DNA from: an uncultured delta proteobacterium
Lineage (GTDB): Bacteria > Myxococcota > Myxococcia > Myxococcales > 40CM-4-68-19
Length of the DNA stretch: 64,000 nt
Assembly: GCA_903911145.1 (NCBI GenBank)
Contig: CAIWCD010000014.1
Span: 62,001-126,000, forward strand
Reading direction: 5' to 3'
The notes beneath the pieces were generated by a model. That model made no database searches, was not told where the DNA came from, and worked only from the letters and a program-made list of their open reading frames with translations. This document shows positions 22,004 through 32,092 of the stretch, one piece after another. The first letter of the stretch is position 1, and every line of letters starts with the position of its first letter. A program made the position numbers and the translations under genes.

Positions 22004-22966
22004 TCACGCTGCGTCGGGCCCCGTGAGCTGCAGCGCGCGCGCGATCTTCGGCTTCACGCCCGTCGCCGCGAGCAGCGCGCGCAGCTTCTCCTTCGCGCCC
22101 CTGTGCTCGCCTCCCACGCGGCGCGCGAGGATCAGCTCGTTCTTCAGCGAGTGCTCCCACCCCGTCAGCTCCGTCACGGTCACCGCGTAGCCGCTCGCCT
22201 CCAGCACCAGCGCGCGAATCACATTGGTGAGGTGCGCACCGAATTCGCGGCGGTGCAGCGCGTGTTGCCAAAGCGCATCGAACGGCGCAGGCCCGCTGTT
22301 CTTGGCCGCGAGCTCCTTGAGTTGCGCAGCCACCTCGGCCTGGCAGCAGGGCACGAGCGCGACGTGATCGGCCTTGCGGCGAAGCGCGAGCAGCAGCGCA
22401 TCATCGGTCGCGGTATCGCAGGCGTGCAGCGCGGTGACGAGGTGGAGGCGCGTTGGAAGCACGACTTTCGCTTTCGGCTCTTCGTCCTTCAGGGGCGCGG
22501 TCGCTCCGCTCGCGGTCTGCGCGACGCCAGACGGCTCGACAGCGGCGGACGGTGCTGCTGGAGGCGCCGGCTCATTCGCCGCGGCCTGCTCAAGCGTTTC
22601 GCCGACGAAACGCATGCGCGCGTAGGCGAGTGATTGAGCCCGCTGCTCTCCGCGCGCGACGAGATCTGCACGCGGCTCGATGTTCCACATTGTCGCTTCG
22701 CCCTCGCGCAGGAACAGCTCGTAGAGGACGAATCCGAGATAGGCGTTGCCTGCGCCCGCGTCGAGGATCTGCGCCTGCGGATGGCGCGCGAGCACATCGT
22801 CGAGCGCGGGCGTGAGCAGGCGCGCGAGGTGATTGACCTGCTTGAGCTTGCGCAGCGAATCGGCGTGCAGCTTGCCGTCGCGCGAAACGAGGTGCAGCTC
22901 GCGCAGGAGCTTTTCTGACTGGCCGGGGACGAGCTCACGCTCGGGTCTGCTGGTGGTTCTCGACAC
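22004..22966 (-). CDS. SAM-dependent methyltransferase (Methyltransf_32-like)
   Basis: ILDAGAGNAYL, ALHACDTATD, VPCCQ, EHSLKN; start re-estimated at GTG 22966. Confidence 0.82.
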   Translation of the reverse strand: MSRTTSRPERELVPGQSEKLLRELHLVSRDGKLHADSLRKLKQVNHLARLLTPALDDVLARHPQAQILDAGAGNAYLGFVLYELFLREGEATMWNIEPRADLVARGEQRAQSLAYARMRFVGETLEQAAANEPAPPAAPSAAVEPSGVAQTASGATAPLKDEEPKAKVVLPTRLHLVTALHACDTATDDALLLALRRKADHVALVPCCQAEVAAQLKELAAKNSGPAPFDALWQHALHRREFGAHLTNVIRALVLEASGYAVTVTELTGWEHSLKNELILARRVGGEHRGAKEKLRALLAATGVKPKIARALQLTGPDAA

Positions 22967-23008
22967 GGTGCTCGCCACTACCACGGACCGTGTGGCAACA
23001 CATCCCAG

Positions 23009-24235
23009 GTGGCCTCTTCTGTCGACAGTGCGTCGTTCGAGATCTTCTGCGCCTGCGCGCCCGGGCTCGAGCCGATTCTCCTCGAGGAGGTGCGCGCGCT
23101 CGGCTTGTCCGGCACAGCGCAGGCGGGCGGCGTCTCGCTGCACGGTGGTGCGCACGAACTGCTCCTGTTGAATCTCTGGTTGCGCACCGCTGGCCGCGTG
23201 CTCGTGCGGCTCGGCACGTTTCGCGCGACGACGTTTCCCGAGTTGGTCAAGCGCGCAGGCGAGCTGCCGTTGGCGCGCGTGCTTCGCGCTGGCGCGCCAG
23301 TGGCGCTTCGGGCGACGTGTCGCAAGTCGCGGCTCTACCACTCGGGCGCGGTGATCGAGCGTGTGCATGCGGCGCTTGAAGCGAAGCTCGGCCGCAAGAG
23401 TCCTCTGGTGCGCGCGGCGACCGACGCGGAGGAGGCGCTGGCCGATGAGTCATTCGATCCAACCGCGGAGGTCGCCGCAGAGAAAACGCGCAAACCCGCG
23501 CCCAGGGCGGCCTCGCAGCTCATCCTGATCCGCTTCGAGAATGATCAGTGCACCATCAGTGCCGACGCGAGCGGCGCGCTCCTTCATCGGCGCGGCTACC
23601 GCACGCAGCTCTCTCACGCTCCTCTTCGCGAAACGCTCGCTGCCGGGCTGTTGCTCTCGGTTGGATATCGCGGAGGTGCGCTCCTCGACCCGTGCTGCGG
23701 CGGCGGGACGATCCCGATCGAGGCGGCGCTGGTTGCGATGAACCGCGCGCCCGGAATCTCGCGCAGCTTTGCGTGCGAATCCTGGCCGGGCATCGCGGCC
23801 GCGCTGGTGGCGGAGTTGCGCGATCAGGCGAGAAACATGGAACGCCCGCTCTCGCTCGATCCGCGCGATGCGATCGTCGGCTCCGATCTCGACCCACGCG
23901 CGATCTCCGCGGCGCAGGCGAATGCTCAAGCGGCAGGCGTCGCGGCTGCCGTGCAGTTCTCGGTGCGCGCGCTTGAGAGCTGGAAGGCGAGCGAGTTGCC
24001 CGCGAGCGCGCTGCTGATCGCAAACCCACCGTACGGCAAGCGAGTGGGTTCGCCGGGACCGGAGTTGACCGCGCTCTGGAGCAAGCTCGGTGCGCTCGCC
24101 CGCGCCCATCAAGGCTGCGCGGCGTTTCTCTGCCCATCGAGCGATCTTGTGCGCATCGCCGGTGCGCCGCTGCGCGCGGAGATCCGCACGCAGAACGGTG
24201 GGCTGCCGATCTCAATGCTCCTCTCGCGCCGCTGA
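23009..24235 (+). CDS. THUMP-domain RNA methyltransferase (RlmL-like)
   Basis: APGLE, LRTAGRV, SRLYH, LHRRGYR, APLRETLAA, DPCCGGGTIPIEAA, NPPYG. Confidence 0.9.
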   Translation: MASSVDSASFEIFCACAPGLEPILLEEVRALGLSGTAQAGGVSLHGGAHELLLLNLWLRTAGRVLVRLGTFRATTFPELVKRAGELPLARVLRAGAPVALRATCRKSRLYHSGAVIERVHAALEAKLGRKSPLVRAATDAEEALADESFDPTAEVAAEKTRKPAPRAASQLILIRFENDQCTISADASGALLHRRGYRTQLSHAPLRETLAAGLLLSVGYRGGALLDPCCGGGTIPIEAALVAMNRAPGISRSFACESWPGIAAALVAELRDQARNMERPLSLDPRDAIVGSDLDPRAISAAQANAQAAGVAAAVQFSVRALESWKASELPASALLIANPPYGKRVGSPGPELTALWSKLGALARAHQGCAAFLCPSSDLVRIAGAPLRAEIRTQNGGLPISMLLSRR

Positions 24236-24249
24236 CCTCTGCGCGAACC

Positions 24250-25596
24250 TCAGTGGTGCCGCTCGTAGATCGCGCCCGGACGCGGCTCCTCATCGCTTCC
24301 GCGCTTGGCTCGCTCGTTCCAGCTCAGCTCCTCGGTCGCCTTGTCGATGCGGGTCATCGTGATGCAGCCCTGCACCGGGCAGACGAGCGAGCAGAGGTTG
24401 CAGCCGACGCACTCCTTGTCGATCACGTTCGGCCCCGGCCGCGTGGTGCCGTTCGAGAGTTTCACCATCGGCCCATCGAGCGTGATCGCCTGGTGCGCGC
24501 CGTCTTCGCACGCGATGTGGCAGAGGTTGCAGCCGATGCACTTGTCGTGATCAACGCGCGCCTTGACGTCGTAGCGCAGGTCGAGATTGCCCCAGTCGTC
24601 GACCTTCGGAACTGCGCGGCCGACGAGCTGCTTGACCGACGTGAGGTTCTTCTCGCGCAGGTAATTCGATAACCCGGCTACCAGATCTTCGATAATTCGA
24701 TAACCGTAGTGCATGACCGCCGTGCAGACTTGCAGGCCTGTCGCGCCGAGGAGCAGGAACTCCACGGCATCGCGCCAGGTCTCGATGCCGCCGATTCCCG
24801 AGATGGGCAGCCCGACCTGCGAATCGCGCGCGAGCGAGCTGAGCATGTGCAGCGCGATCGGCTTGACCGCGGGCCCGCAGTAGCCGCCGTGCGATGAACG
24901 ACCATTCACCGTCGGCGTCGGTGCCCACGTGTCGAGGTTCACGCCCATCAGCGAGTTGATCGTGTTGATGAGCGAGAGCCCGTCTGCTCCGGCGCGCTTT
25001 GCTGCACGCGCAGGCTGGTTGATGTCGGTCACGTTGGGAGTGAGCTTCACGAGCACCGGCATGCTCGCGACCTCCTTCACCCACTCGGTGATCATCTGGC
25101 AATACTCGGGGACCTGTCCGGTGGCCGCGCCCATGCCGCGCTCGCTCATTCCGTGCGGGCAGCCGAAGTTCAGCTCGATGCCGTCCGCGCCCGTGTCATT
25201 CGTGCGCTTGACGATCTCGTGCCAGATGTCGCGCTTGTTCTCGACCATCAGCGAAACGATCACGGCGTTCTTCGGATACTTCTTCTTCGTCTCGTAGATC
25301 TCCTTGAAGTTCACTTCGAGCGGACGGTCGGTGATGAGCTCGATGTTGTTGAGGCCGAGCATGCGCCGCGTGCCGTAGTCGATCGAGGAGAGGCGCGAGC
25401 TGACGTTGATGATCGGCGAGCCGAGCGTTTTCCAGACCGCACCGCCCCAGCCCGCGTCGAACGCGCGCTGGACCATGCTGCCCATGTTCGTCGGCGGCGC
25501 AGAGGCGAGCCAGAAGGGATTGGGGCTCTTGATGCCGCCGAGGTCGATCGAGAGATCGATATCGTTGGTGTTCAAACCATTCGGTGCCGTGCTCAC
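24250..25596 (-). CDS. preA: NAD-dependent dihydropyrimidine dehydrogenase subunit PreA
   Basis: NPFWLASAPP, ELNFGCPHGM, KLTPN, INT, two CxxCxxC ferredoxin motifs; GTGA overlap with preT stop. Confidence 0.95.
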   Translation of the reverse strand: MSTAPNGLNTNDIDLSIDLGGIKSPNPFWLASAPPTNMGSMVQRAFDAGWGGAVWKTLGSPIINVSSRLSSIDYGTRRMLGLNNIELITDRPLEVNFKEIYETKKKYPKNAVIVSLMVENKRDIWHEIVKRTNDTGADGIELNFGCPHGMSERGMGAATGQVPEYCQMITEWVKEVASMPVLVKLTPNVTDINQPARAAKRAGADGLSLINTINSLMGVNLDTWAPTPTVNGRSSHGGYCGPAVKPIALHMLSSLARDSQVGLPISGIGGIETWRDAVEFLLLGATGLQVCTAVMHYGYRIIEDLVAGLSNYLREKNLTSVKQLVGRAVPKVDDWGNLDLRYDVKARVDHDKCIGCNLCHIACEDGAHQAITLDGPMVKLSNGTTRPGPNVIDKECVGCNLCSLVCPVQGCITMTRIDKATEELSWNERAKRGSDEEPRPGAIYERHH

Positions 25597-26891
25597 TTGG
25601 ACTCCTGCGCGTTCTTCGAGTGCACACCATCTGCAGACAGCTGCGCGTGCATCGCGCGCGCGGCCTTCTTCCCGTGGGCGACGGCGTTGACCGCCTCCTT
25701 GCCGCCATTCACGCAATCGCCTCCTGCGAAGAGACGCGGATTGTGCGTGCGGTGCGTCTGCGCATCGACGACGAGCCGGCCCTTCTCGTCGACCTGCACA
25801 CCAGGAAGGCCGCGCAAAAACTCGACGCGCTTCTGCTGGCCGATCGCGGCGATGACGAGATCGGCCGCGAGCTTCTCTTCTCCAAGCGGACCCTTGACGA
25901 TGAGCGCCCCCGCCTCGACGCGCACAGGAGCGCGCTCGAAGAGCAGTGTGCAGCCCATGCTGCGCGCCAGATCGATCTCATAGCGATACGCGCTCATCTG
26001 CGCCTCGCCGCGCCGGTAGACGAGCGTCGCGTCTGCGCCGAGTCGCCTGGCCTGCGTGACCGCATCGATCGCCGTGTTGCCTCCGCCGACGATCACGGCG
26101 CGCTTGCCGTCGAGACGCGCCACCTTCTCCGGAGCAACTTTCAGCTCCTCGATCCAGTCGAGCGCATCGCGCGCCTGTGCGTCTCCGGGAACGCCGAGCT
26201 TGCTGGTTGCGCCGAGGCCGACGCCGATGAAGAGCAGCGCATGCTTGGCGAGCAGGTCGTCGAGCGTCACATCGCGGCCGACGCGCACGCCCTGCTTGAA
26301 CTCCGCGCCGAGGCGCGCGACCTGCTCAACCTCGGCGAGGGCGAGCGCGGCCGTCTGCTTGTACTCGGCCATCGCGTAGGTGTTGAGCCCGCCGCCCCAC
26401 TTGCGCTCGTCGTAGACGGTGACGGCGTGACCGGACTTGCGAAGCTCCGCAGCTGCGCCCAGCCCGGCGGGACCTGCGCCGATGATGCCGACGCTCTTGC
26501 CTGTCGCCGCTCCTGCGTGGAGTACGTCGATGTTGCGAGCGAGCACGTAATCGGTCGCGAACCGCTGCAGCTTGCCGATGGTGACCGGCCGCTTGGTGAG
26601 CGTCTTCTCGACGCACGAGCCTTCGCAGAGCACCTCGACGGGGCAGACGCGCGCGCAAGAGCCGCCGAGAATATTCGCCGAGAGGATCGTCGTCGCCGCG
26701 CCCACGGTATCGCCGGTCGCGATGCGCTGGATGAAGCGCGGGATGTCGATCTCCGTCGGGCAGGCGGCGATGCAGGGGGCGTCGTAGCAGAAGAGGCAGC
26801 GCGCGGCTTCAGCGGCGGCCTGGTCAGCGGAGAGCGGGGGAGCGATCTCCTGGAAGGGAGCGCGCGGTGCGGGGACGGTCGTAAGAGACAT
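25593..26891 (-). CDS. preT: Dihydropyrimidine dehydrogenase subunit PreT (GltD-like)
   Basis: EAARCLFCYDAPCIAACP, CARVCP, GAGPAG, GGGNTAID, GGDC; coupled to preA. Confidence 0.92.
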   Translation of the reverse strand: MSLTTVPAPRAPFQEIAPPLSADQAAAEAARCLFCYDAPCIAACPTEIDIPRFIQRIATGDTVGAATTILSANILGGSCARVCPVEVLCEGSCVEKTLTKRPVTIGKLQRFATDYVLARNIDVLHAGAATGKSVGIIGAGPAGLGAAAELRKSGHAVTVYDERKWGGGLNTYAMAEYKQTAALALAEVEQVARLGAEFKQGVRVGRDVTLDDLLAKHALLFIGVGLGATSKLGVPGDAQARDALDWIEELKVAPEKVARLDGKRAVIVGGGNTAIDAVTQARRLGADATLVYRRGEAQMSAYRYEIDLARSMGCTLLFERAPVRVEAGALIVKGPLGEEKLAADLVIAAIGQQKRVEFLRGLPGVQVDEKGRLVVDAQTHRTHNPRLFAGGDCVNGGKEAVNAVAHGKKAARAMHAQLSADGVHSKNAQESK

Positions 26892-27077
26892 GGGCGCGCA
26901 AGCTACACAGGGCGCGCGCGAGGTCAAGGGTCGCCGCGGCGAGGAGATGCGGCATGGGCGCGCACGCAGCGGGGCCCCCCACGCGCAGCTCCTGTCCTCG
27001 AGACCGTGAAACAACCCGCGCCGGCCTGCGTATTCTCAGCCAGCAACGCCGCCCGCGTCGGGCGCGAGGAGGTCAAG

Positions 27078-27311
27078 ATGGCCGGCCGAGGCTCGACAGG
27101 AAACGTCATCGCGGCGCTCTGCAGCTTCTTCGCACCGGGGCTCGGCCAGCTGCTGCAGGGGAGGGTGTTCGCGGCACTCTGCTTCTTCGTTGCCTCGGGC
27201 GTCCTCTGGTTCTTCATGCTCGGATGGCTCGTCCATCTGGTCGCCGCGATCGATGCGGCGGTCTGGACACGCCGCGCGACCGCTGTGGGAGCGGTCCCGC
27301 AGGTCGACTGA
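27078..27311 (+). CDS. Small membrane protein
   Basis: GAGGAGG RBS; 77 aa with SFFAPGLGQLLQGR motif and hydrophobic helices. Confidence 0.8.
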   Translation: MAGRGSTGNVIAALCSFFAPGLGQLLQGRVFAALCFFVASGVLWFFMLGWLVHLVAAIDAAVWTRRATAVGAVPQVD

Positions 27312-27491
27312 CGAACTCCGGGTTGACGTGTGGCACCGCCGCGGAACCCTCCGCGCAACTATTTTGCGTCGCGCCGCGGACCATTTTCTTGCGTGCGGCA
27401 TCTCCCTTCGCGCATCTATCCTCCCCACGCCCAACATCCTGGACGCGACACGCCTCGCGGAACGCGTCCGCGACTCTCGGAGACGCCCGAC

Positions 27492-28088
27492 ATGAAGAAC
27501 CAGAAGACGATCTCGCTCCTCGCCGCACTCTCCTTCAGCGCACTGCTCGCGGCTTGCGGCTCCGGGGGTAACGGAGGCAACGGCGGCGGATCGGGCGGCG
27601 GCAGTGGTGGCGGCTCCGGAGGCGCCTCGGTCACGTTCAGCGGAGACGTGATTGGAACCGGTAATTCGGCCTCGGGCCAGGGCGAAGAGATCGTCGGAGG
27701 GCTGCCCGATGGCGGCTCGGAGACCACGATCACGGTCAAGGGCGACGCGACCATCAACGGAAATGATGTCCAGATGACCACGGTGTTGGAGGTCGGTTCG
27801 CGGTTCGCGCCGGGAACCTACGCGGACGGAACTGCTTCGCTGATCGGGATCTCCGGCCGGGTCGAGGGCAACAACGTCCACAATATCGCCAGCCAGTGGC
27901 AGAACAACGACAACGGCGCAGGCGGCGTTTCGGGCGCCTTCAGCGTGACGATCTCATCGACCGGCACCGCAACGGCGATCGCCCCGACCATCAACATGTA
28001 CCAGGTGGCGCACGGCTCGTTCACCGGGACCTACACTGCGTATGATCCGGCCGACGCGGGCCCGGTCACGGTGACGGGCACGTTCTAA
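27492..28088 (+). CDS. Lipoprotein with Gly-rich linker and beta-rich domain
   Basis: MKNQK..LLAAC lipobox, GGSGGG linker, Thr/Gly-rich strands. Confidence 0.8.
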   Translation: MKNQKTISLLAALSFSALLAACGSGGNGGNGGGSGGGSGGGSGGASVTFSGDVIGTGNSASGQGEEIVGGLPDGGSETTITVKGDATINGNDVQMTTVLEVGSRFAPGTYADGTASLIGISGRVEGNNVHNIASQWQNNDNGAGGVSGAFSVTISSTGTATAIAPTINMYQVAHGSFTGTYTAYDPADAGPVTVTGTF

Positions 28089-28167
28089 TCAAGCATTGGA
28101 TTTCAATCGCGGTGCAGATCGCGCGCAGCGAACTGCACCGCGAAGCTCCTGCGGTATCCTCGATGCC

Positions 28168-30363
28168 ATGAATTCTCTCGTGCCGAGAAAGCGAACGTCG
28201 CTGTCCTTCCAGCGGCTCTCTTCGATTGCGTCGGCGACGGCATTGATTGCCGTGGTCGGATGCGCGAACGCTTCACACGCGCCGCCCGCTCTATCCGGTG
28301 ACTTCTCGCTCACGGTGTCGTCCCCTGCATTGACGAGCGCGAGAGGGCAGAGCGCGATGCTGACGCTCTCGATGCAGGTGACCGGCGGTTTCGTCGAAAG
28401 CGTCGCGCTGTCGGCCGCGGGATTGCCGCAGGGGGCCTCGATCATCTTTGCGCGCGACACGCTCTCTGCGGGGAATTCGACACGGGTGACGCTCTCTGCG
28501 GGCGCCGCGGCGCCTGGCCGTTATACCCTCTTACTCAACGCGCAGAATGGCTCGCTCGTGCATGGTGCGACGGTCGCTTGGACGATTGCCGAATCGTGCG
28601 GCCGCGACCGCGACTGCCCGTTGGGCACGCTTTGCAGCAGCTCACTCTGCGTTCCCGGATGCACGGTCGAACACGGCTGCGCTGCCGCGGATACCTGCTG
28701 CGGCGGAGTGTGCGTTGATACCAACAGCGATATCGCCAATTGCGGCGCATGCATCGCTGCGTGCTCGCATGTGAATATCGCGTCGCCGAGCTGCACGGCG
28801 GGCCGCTGCGATGGTGAATGCAACGTCGGCAGCGCCGATTGCAACGGCGATAAGCGCAACGACGGATGCGAGACTGCGACGGTGGCCGACGGAAACTGCG
28901 GAGGCTGCGGCGTGACCTGCTCGAGCAATGCGTGCACGCAGGGGATCTGCCGCGTCGAGAGTGGAAATGGCTCGTGCGCATCGGTCAACAAGAGCGCCTG
29001 CGCGACTGCTTATTGCGCGCTGCCGGACGCGGGCTGCGGCTTTACCGATAGCGACGGCGATGGACTCTCCGATACCTGGGAGCGCAATGGATATATCGAT
29101 ATCAACTGCAATGGCGTGAACGACGAGGGCGACTTGCAGTTGCCGGGGGCGAGCGCCTCCGTGCCGGATATCTACGTCGTCTATGATTGGATGGAACTCG
29201 CCAGCACGGGCGAGGCCTGCACGTTCGATAGCGATTGCCAGAGTCTTCTGCCGGCGAATGCGCATATCGATGAGAATTGCGTCAATCAGCTCTGCACGGG
29301 ACATACGCACGACCCCGAGGCGCTCACGCCGGGCGCGCTGGATGCGGTCGCGGCGCGCTTCGCCTCGCGCGGATTCAATCTGCATATCCTCCGTGGTCAC
29401 GCGCGACCGCATTCGCGCGTCGCTTCATATCGGCAGCCGTCGGCGCAGTGCGAAGGGGCTGATATCTTACCGGGCACTGTCGGTGGATATGCCGTCAATG
29501 TCTATGATTTGAAGAAGCTCGCACCTTCGTCGCTGCCGCCGGGCGCGGAGCTCGTCTATCACTACAGCCTCTTCTCCCATTACAGCAGCTGCGACAGCGA
29601 CCAGCATTGCCAGTCCTGCCCCGTCGCATTGAATCCCGATGGGTCGGAGAAGACCTCCTCGCCGGTTTTCGGCCAGACGGGCATCGCCGAGATATCAGGA
29701 AATGATTTGATGGTATCGCTGGGGCAACTGAACAATGACTTCGGGATCACGCCGGATATCTTCATGCTGGGCGGAACCTTCATGCATGAACTTGGTCACA
29801 ATCTCGGTCTGCGCCACGGCGGCGGCAACGAGGACGGGCCGAACTACAAGCCCAACTATCTGAGCGCGATGAACTACCTGTATCAGCTCAACGGCATCCA
29901 ATCGGCCGACGTTGTCGGTTCGAATGTCCGGGACGACGCGCTGACGCGGCTCGACTATTCGACGCAGGTGCTGCCCACGGGAGGCAACAGTCCGGGTGCG
30001 CTAAATGAAACGGACCTCAGCGAGCCGGCCGGTCTTGGTTCCGGAACCGCGGATCTTTTTTCGTATCTCGATGGGCGCTGCAATTATCGACAGTCCGCAA
30101 CCAATGGGCCCGTCGATTGGAACGGTGATGGCGCTGCCGACGCAGGCAACGCGACCGCCGATCTCAACCCGGGTGACCACCCGGTGTTGGGCTGCGGTGC
30201 GGTCAAGAATGAGGTCTTCAATGGCCATATCGATTGGGGCCCGGCCCCGGGGCAGTCGCATTTCACTTATGCGTTTCAATGCACGCCCTATCACGCCGAT
30301 CGCGTGCGCTCGCCGGAGCGGATCGCCGAGAGCGAGCTCTCGGCCAGCAGGATGCGCCGTTAG
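28168..30363 (+). CDS. Cys-rich secreted/lipoprotein zinc metalloprotease (metzincin-like)
   Basis: AVVGC lipobox-like signal, Cys-rich repeats (DCNGD..DGCE), DSDGDGLSD Ca-binding motif, HELGHNLGLRH, SAMNY Met-turn. Confidence 0.8.
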   Translation: MNSLVPRKRTSLSFQRLSSIASATALIAVVGCANASHAPPALSGDFSLTVSSPALTSARGQSAMLTLSMQVTGGFVESVALSAAGLPQGASIIFARDTLSAGNSTRVTLSAGAAAPGRYTLLLNAQNGSLVHGATVAWTIAESCGRDRDCPLGTLCSSSLCVPGCTVEHGCAAADTCCGGVCVDTNSDIANCGACIAACSHVNIASPSCTAGRCDGECNVGSADCNGDKRNDGCETATVADGNCGGCGVTCSSNACTQGICRVESGNGSCASVNKSACATAYCALPDAGCGFTDSDGDGLSDTWERNGYIDINCNGVNDEGDLQLPGASASVPDIYVVYDWMELASTGEACTFDSDCQSLLPANAHIDENCVNQLCTGHTHDPEALTPGALDAVAARFASRGFNLHILRGHARPHSRVASYRQPSAQCEGADILPGTVGGYAVNVYDLKKLAPSSLPPGAELVYHYSLFSHYSSCDSDQHCQSCPVALNPDGSEKTSSPVFGQTGIAEISGNDLMVSLGQLNNDFGITPDIFMLGGTFMHELGHNLGLRHGGGNEDGPNYKPNYLSAMNYLYQLNGIQSADVVGSNVRDDALTRLDYSTQVLPTGGNSPGALNETDLSEPAGLGSGTADLFSYLDGRCNYRQSATNGPVDWNGDGAADAGNATADLNPGDHPVLGCGAVKNEVFNGHIDWGPAPGQSHFTYAFQCTPYHADRVRSPERIAESELSASRMRR

Positions 30364-30416
30364 CTGCAGCGGTCTCCGCGCGCATCACCGAATTCGATCT
30401 GCTAGAAAATCCACCC

Positions 30417-31211
30417 ATGAGAAAGCTCGTCTGGCTCCTTCTGTCCCTGGCTCTTCCGGTTCGCGCGCAGCTCGATCCCGGTCTCGCCACCGGAACGCTC
30501 GCGGTGCTCGATTTCGAGAACAAGCTGCCGGACGACGACAAGAAGTCCGTCGACGGTCGCTACTTCGCCGACGTCGTGCGCTCGGCCGCGCTGCGTGCGC
30601 TCCCGTCGCTTCATGTGGTGACGCGAGAGAATCTGCTCGTGCTGCTCGAGAGCAGCGGGAAGCGGATCGAAGAGTGCGAAGGCGAGTGCGAGGTCGATAC
30701 CGGGCGGCGCATTGGCGCGGACCTGGTGATCTCCGGCGACCTGCTCAAGATCGGCACCAACTACAAACTCAATCTGCGACTGCACGAGACGCGGCGTGGG
30801 CAGCTGCTCGCGGGAACGCAGGCGAGCGGCAAGAGCGTCGACGAGCTGGATGCGAACGCGATGATGAGTGTGAATGCGCTGCTCGCGCAGGGTGGAATTG
30901 AACGCGCTCCAGCGGCTGCGTTGCCTCCGGCCTTACCGCCCCAGCCCTTTCGCATGACCACAGGGCGCAAGGTCGCGATTGGAATTACCGGTGCGGGGCT
31001 GCTCGCGGGAGGTGGCTCGCTCTACTTCGCGCTGCGTGGAAAGGCACTCAACAATGACGTCATCAGCGGGAATGCCGCCACGGGTGCGGCGTTGGCGCAG
31101 GACGCGCTCGATGCCAAAGCGACCAATGCTCCCGCCATCGGGCTGCTCGCGGGCGCGGGCGTTGCGATCGCGGTCGGAGTCATTCTTTTCGCACTCGGCG
31201 GAAATCCATGA
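30417..31211 (+). CDS. Secreted protein with CsgG/TolB-N-like domain and C-terminal hydrophobic hairpin
   Basis: Signal peptide; LAVLDF, ECEGECEVDTGRRIGADLVISG pattern; two C-terminal hydrophobic helices. Confidence 0.65.
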   Translation: MRKLVWLLLSLALPVRAQLDPGLATGTLAVLDFENKLPDDDKKSVDGRYFADVVRSAALRALPSLHVVTRENLLVLLESSGKRIEECEGECEVDTGRRIGADLVISGDLLKIGTNYKLNLRLHETRRGQLLAGTQASGKSVDELDANAMMSVNALLAQGGIERAPAAALPPALPPQPFRMTTGRKVAIGITGAGLLAGGGSLYFALRGKALNNDVISGNAATGAALAQDALDAKATNAPAIGLLAGAGVAIAVGVILFALGGNP

Positions 31212-32080
31212 AGCGCGCGTTTCTAATCGCTCTCGCGGTTGCATCCTTCGCTTGCGGCAAGAGCCTCGCACAGCTCGGCACGTTTGAGTGCGCGCGCGAT
31301 GGCAGCTGCCCAGATGGCTATCAGTGCGCGAGGCAAGTGGGCGGACCTGATGTCTGCGTCGTCTCCTTTCCGTGCGATCTGACCAATGCCAACAATAACT
31401 CGCCCCATGGTCCTCAGTGCCCCGGCGGACGCTGCACGGTGCTCACGACTCCCGACGCGGGCCTGATCTCTGCGTGCGCACCGACGATTGAGCAGCCGCT
31501 CCAGAAGGGCGCTTCTTGCACTCTCCCGCATGTGGTGGGTGGCATTGATCAATGCAAGCGTGGGCTGCTTTGCTATTCGCCGTCGAGGGAAGCGGTCGAT
31601 GGAGGATGCCAACAGTTCTGCATCGACGACTCCGGTTGCGCCGACGAGGAATTCTGCGCCGCGCTCTACGCTGCAGCCGGATTTAATCTCCCGGCTGAGT
31701 CACCGGGCGGCTCCGGCACGACGACCCTCTTCGGCCTCTGCGTTCCCCGCTGCAGTCCGCTCGGTCCCAATACCTGCGGCTCAGGCACCAACTGCGAACC
31801 GATGGGCGAGCTGAAGAATCAATCGCCGCCGCCCAATGGAATGACTTGCCAGCAGTACGACACGGCGGACGGCAGCGAGGGTGATCCCGGCACGACTGCT
31901 CAATCGTGCAATCAGAGCCTCTCGCTCTTCTGCGCCATCGGGGCCGACGGGGGAAACGCGTGCCGCACACCTTGCACGGACAACGCGCAATGCGAGGGAA
32001 ACGACCCTTCCATTCTGTGCGATAAGCAGGAGAGCTCGATCATCCTCAGCGGCGGCTCGTCTCTCGGCTTCTGCAACTGA
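31208..32080 (+). CDS. Cys-rich lipoprotein
   Basis: SFAC lipobox, numerous regularly spaced Cys; ATGA overlap with upstream gene. Confidence 0.8.
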   Translation: MKRAFLIALAVASFACGKSLAQLGTFECARDGSCPDGYQCARQVGGPDVCVVSFPCDLTNANNNSPHGPQCPGGRCTVLTTPDAGLISACAPTIEQPLQKGASCTLPHVVGGIDQCKRGLLCYSPSREAVDGGCQQFCIDDSGCADEEFCAALYAAAGFNLPAESPGGSGTTTLFGLCVPRCSPLGPNTCGSGTNCEPMGELKNQSPPPNGMTCQQYDTADGSEGDPGTTAQSCNQSLSLFCAIGADGGNACRTPCTDNAQCEGNDPSILCDKQESSIILSGGSSLGFCN

Positions 32081-32092
32081 CAGCGCAGTCCG

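Noticed and set aside
20395..22026. 543-aa ORF and similar Arg/Ala-rich long ORFs (e.g. 45829..47415, 25584..27077, 56847..57734, 55978..57408)
   Set aside because: Shadow frames of well-supported genes in GC-rich DNA; no motifs.
27555..27625. GGC-rich repeat
   Set aside because: Encodes an ordinary Gly/Ser linker after the lipobox.
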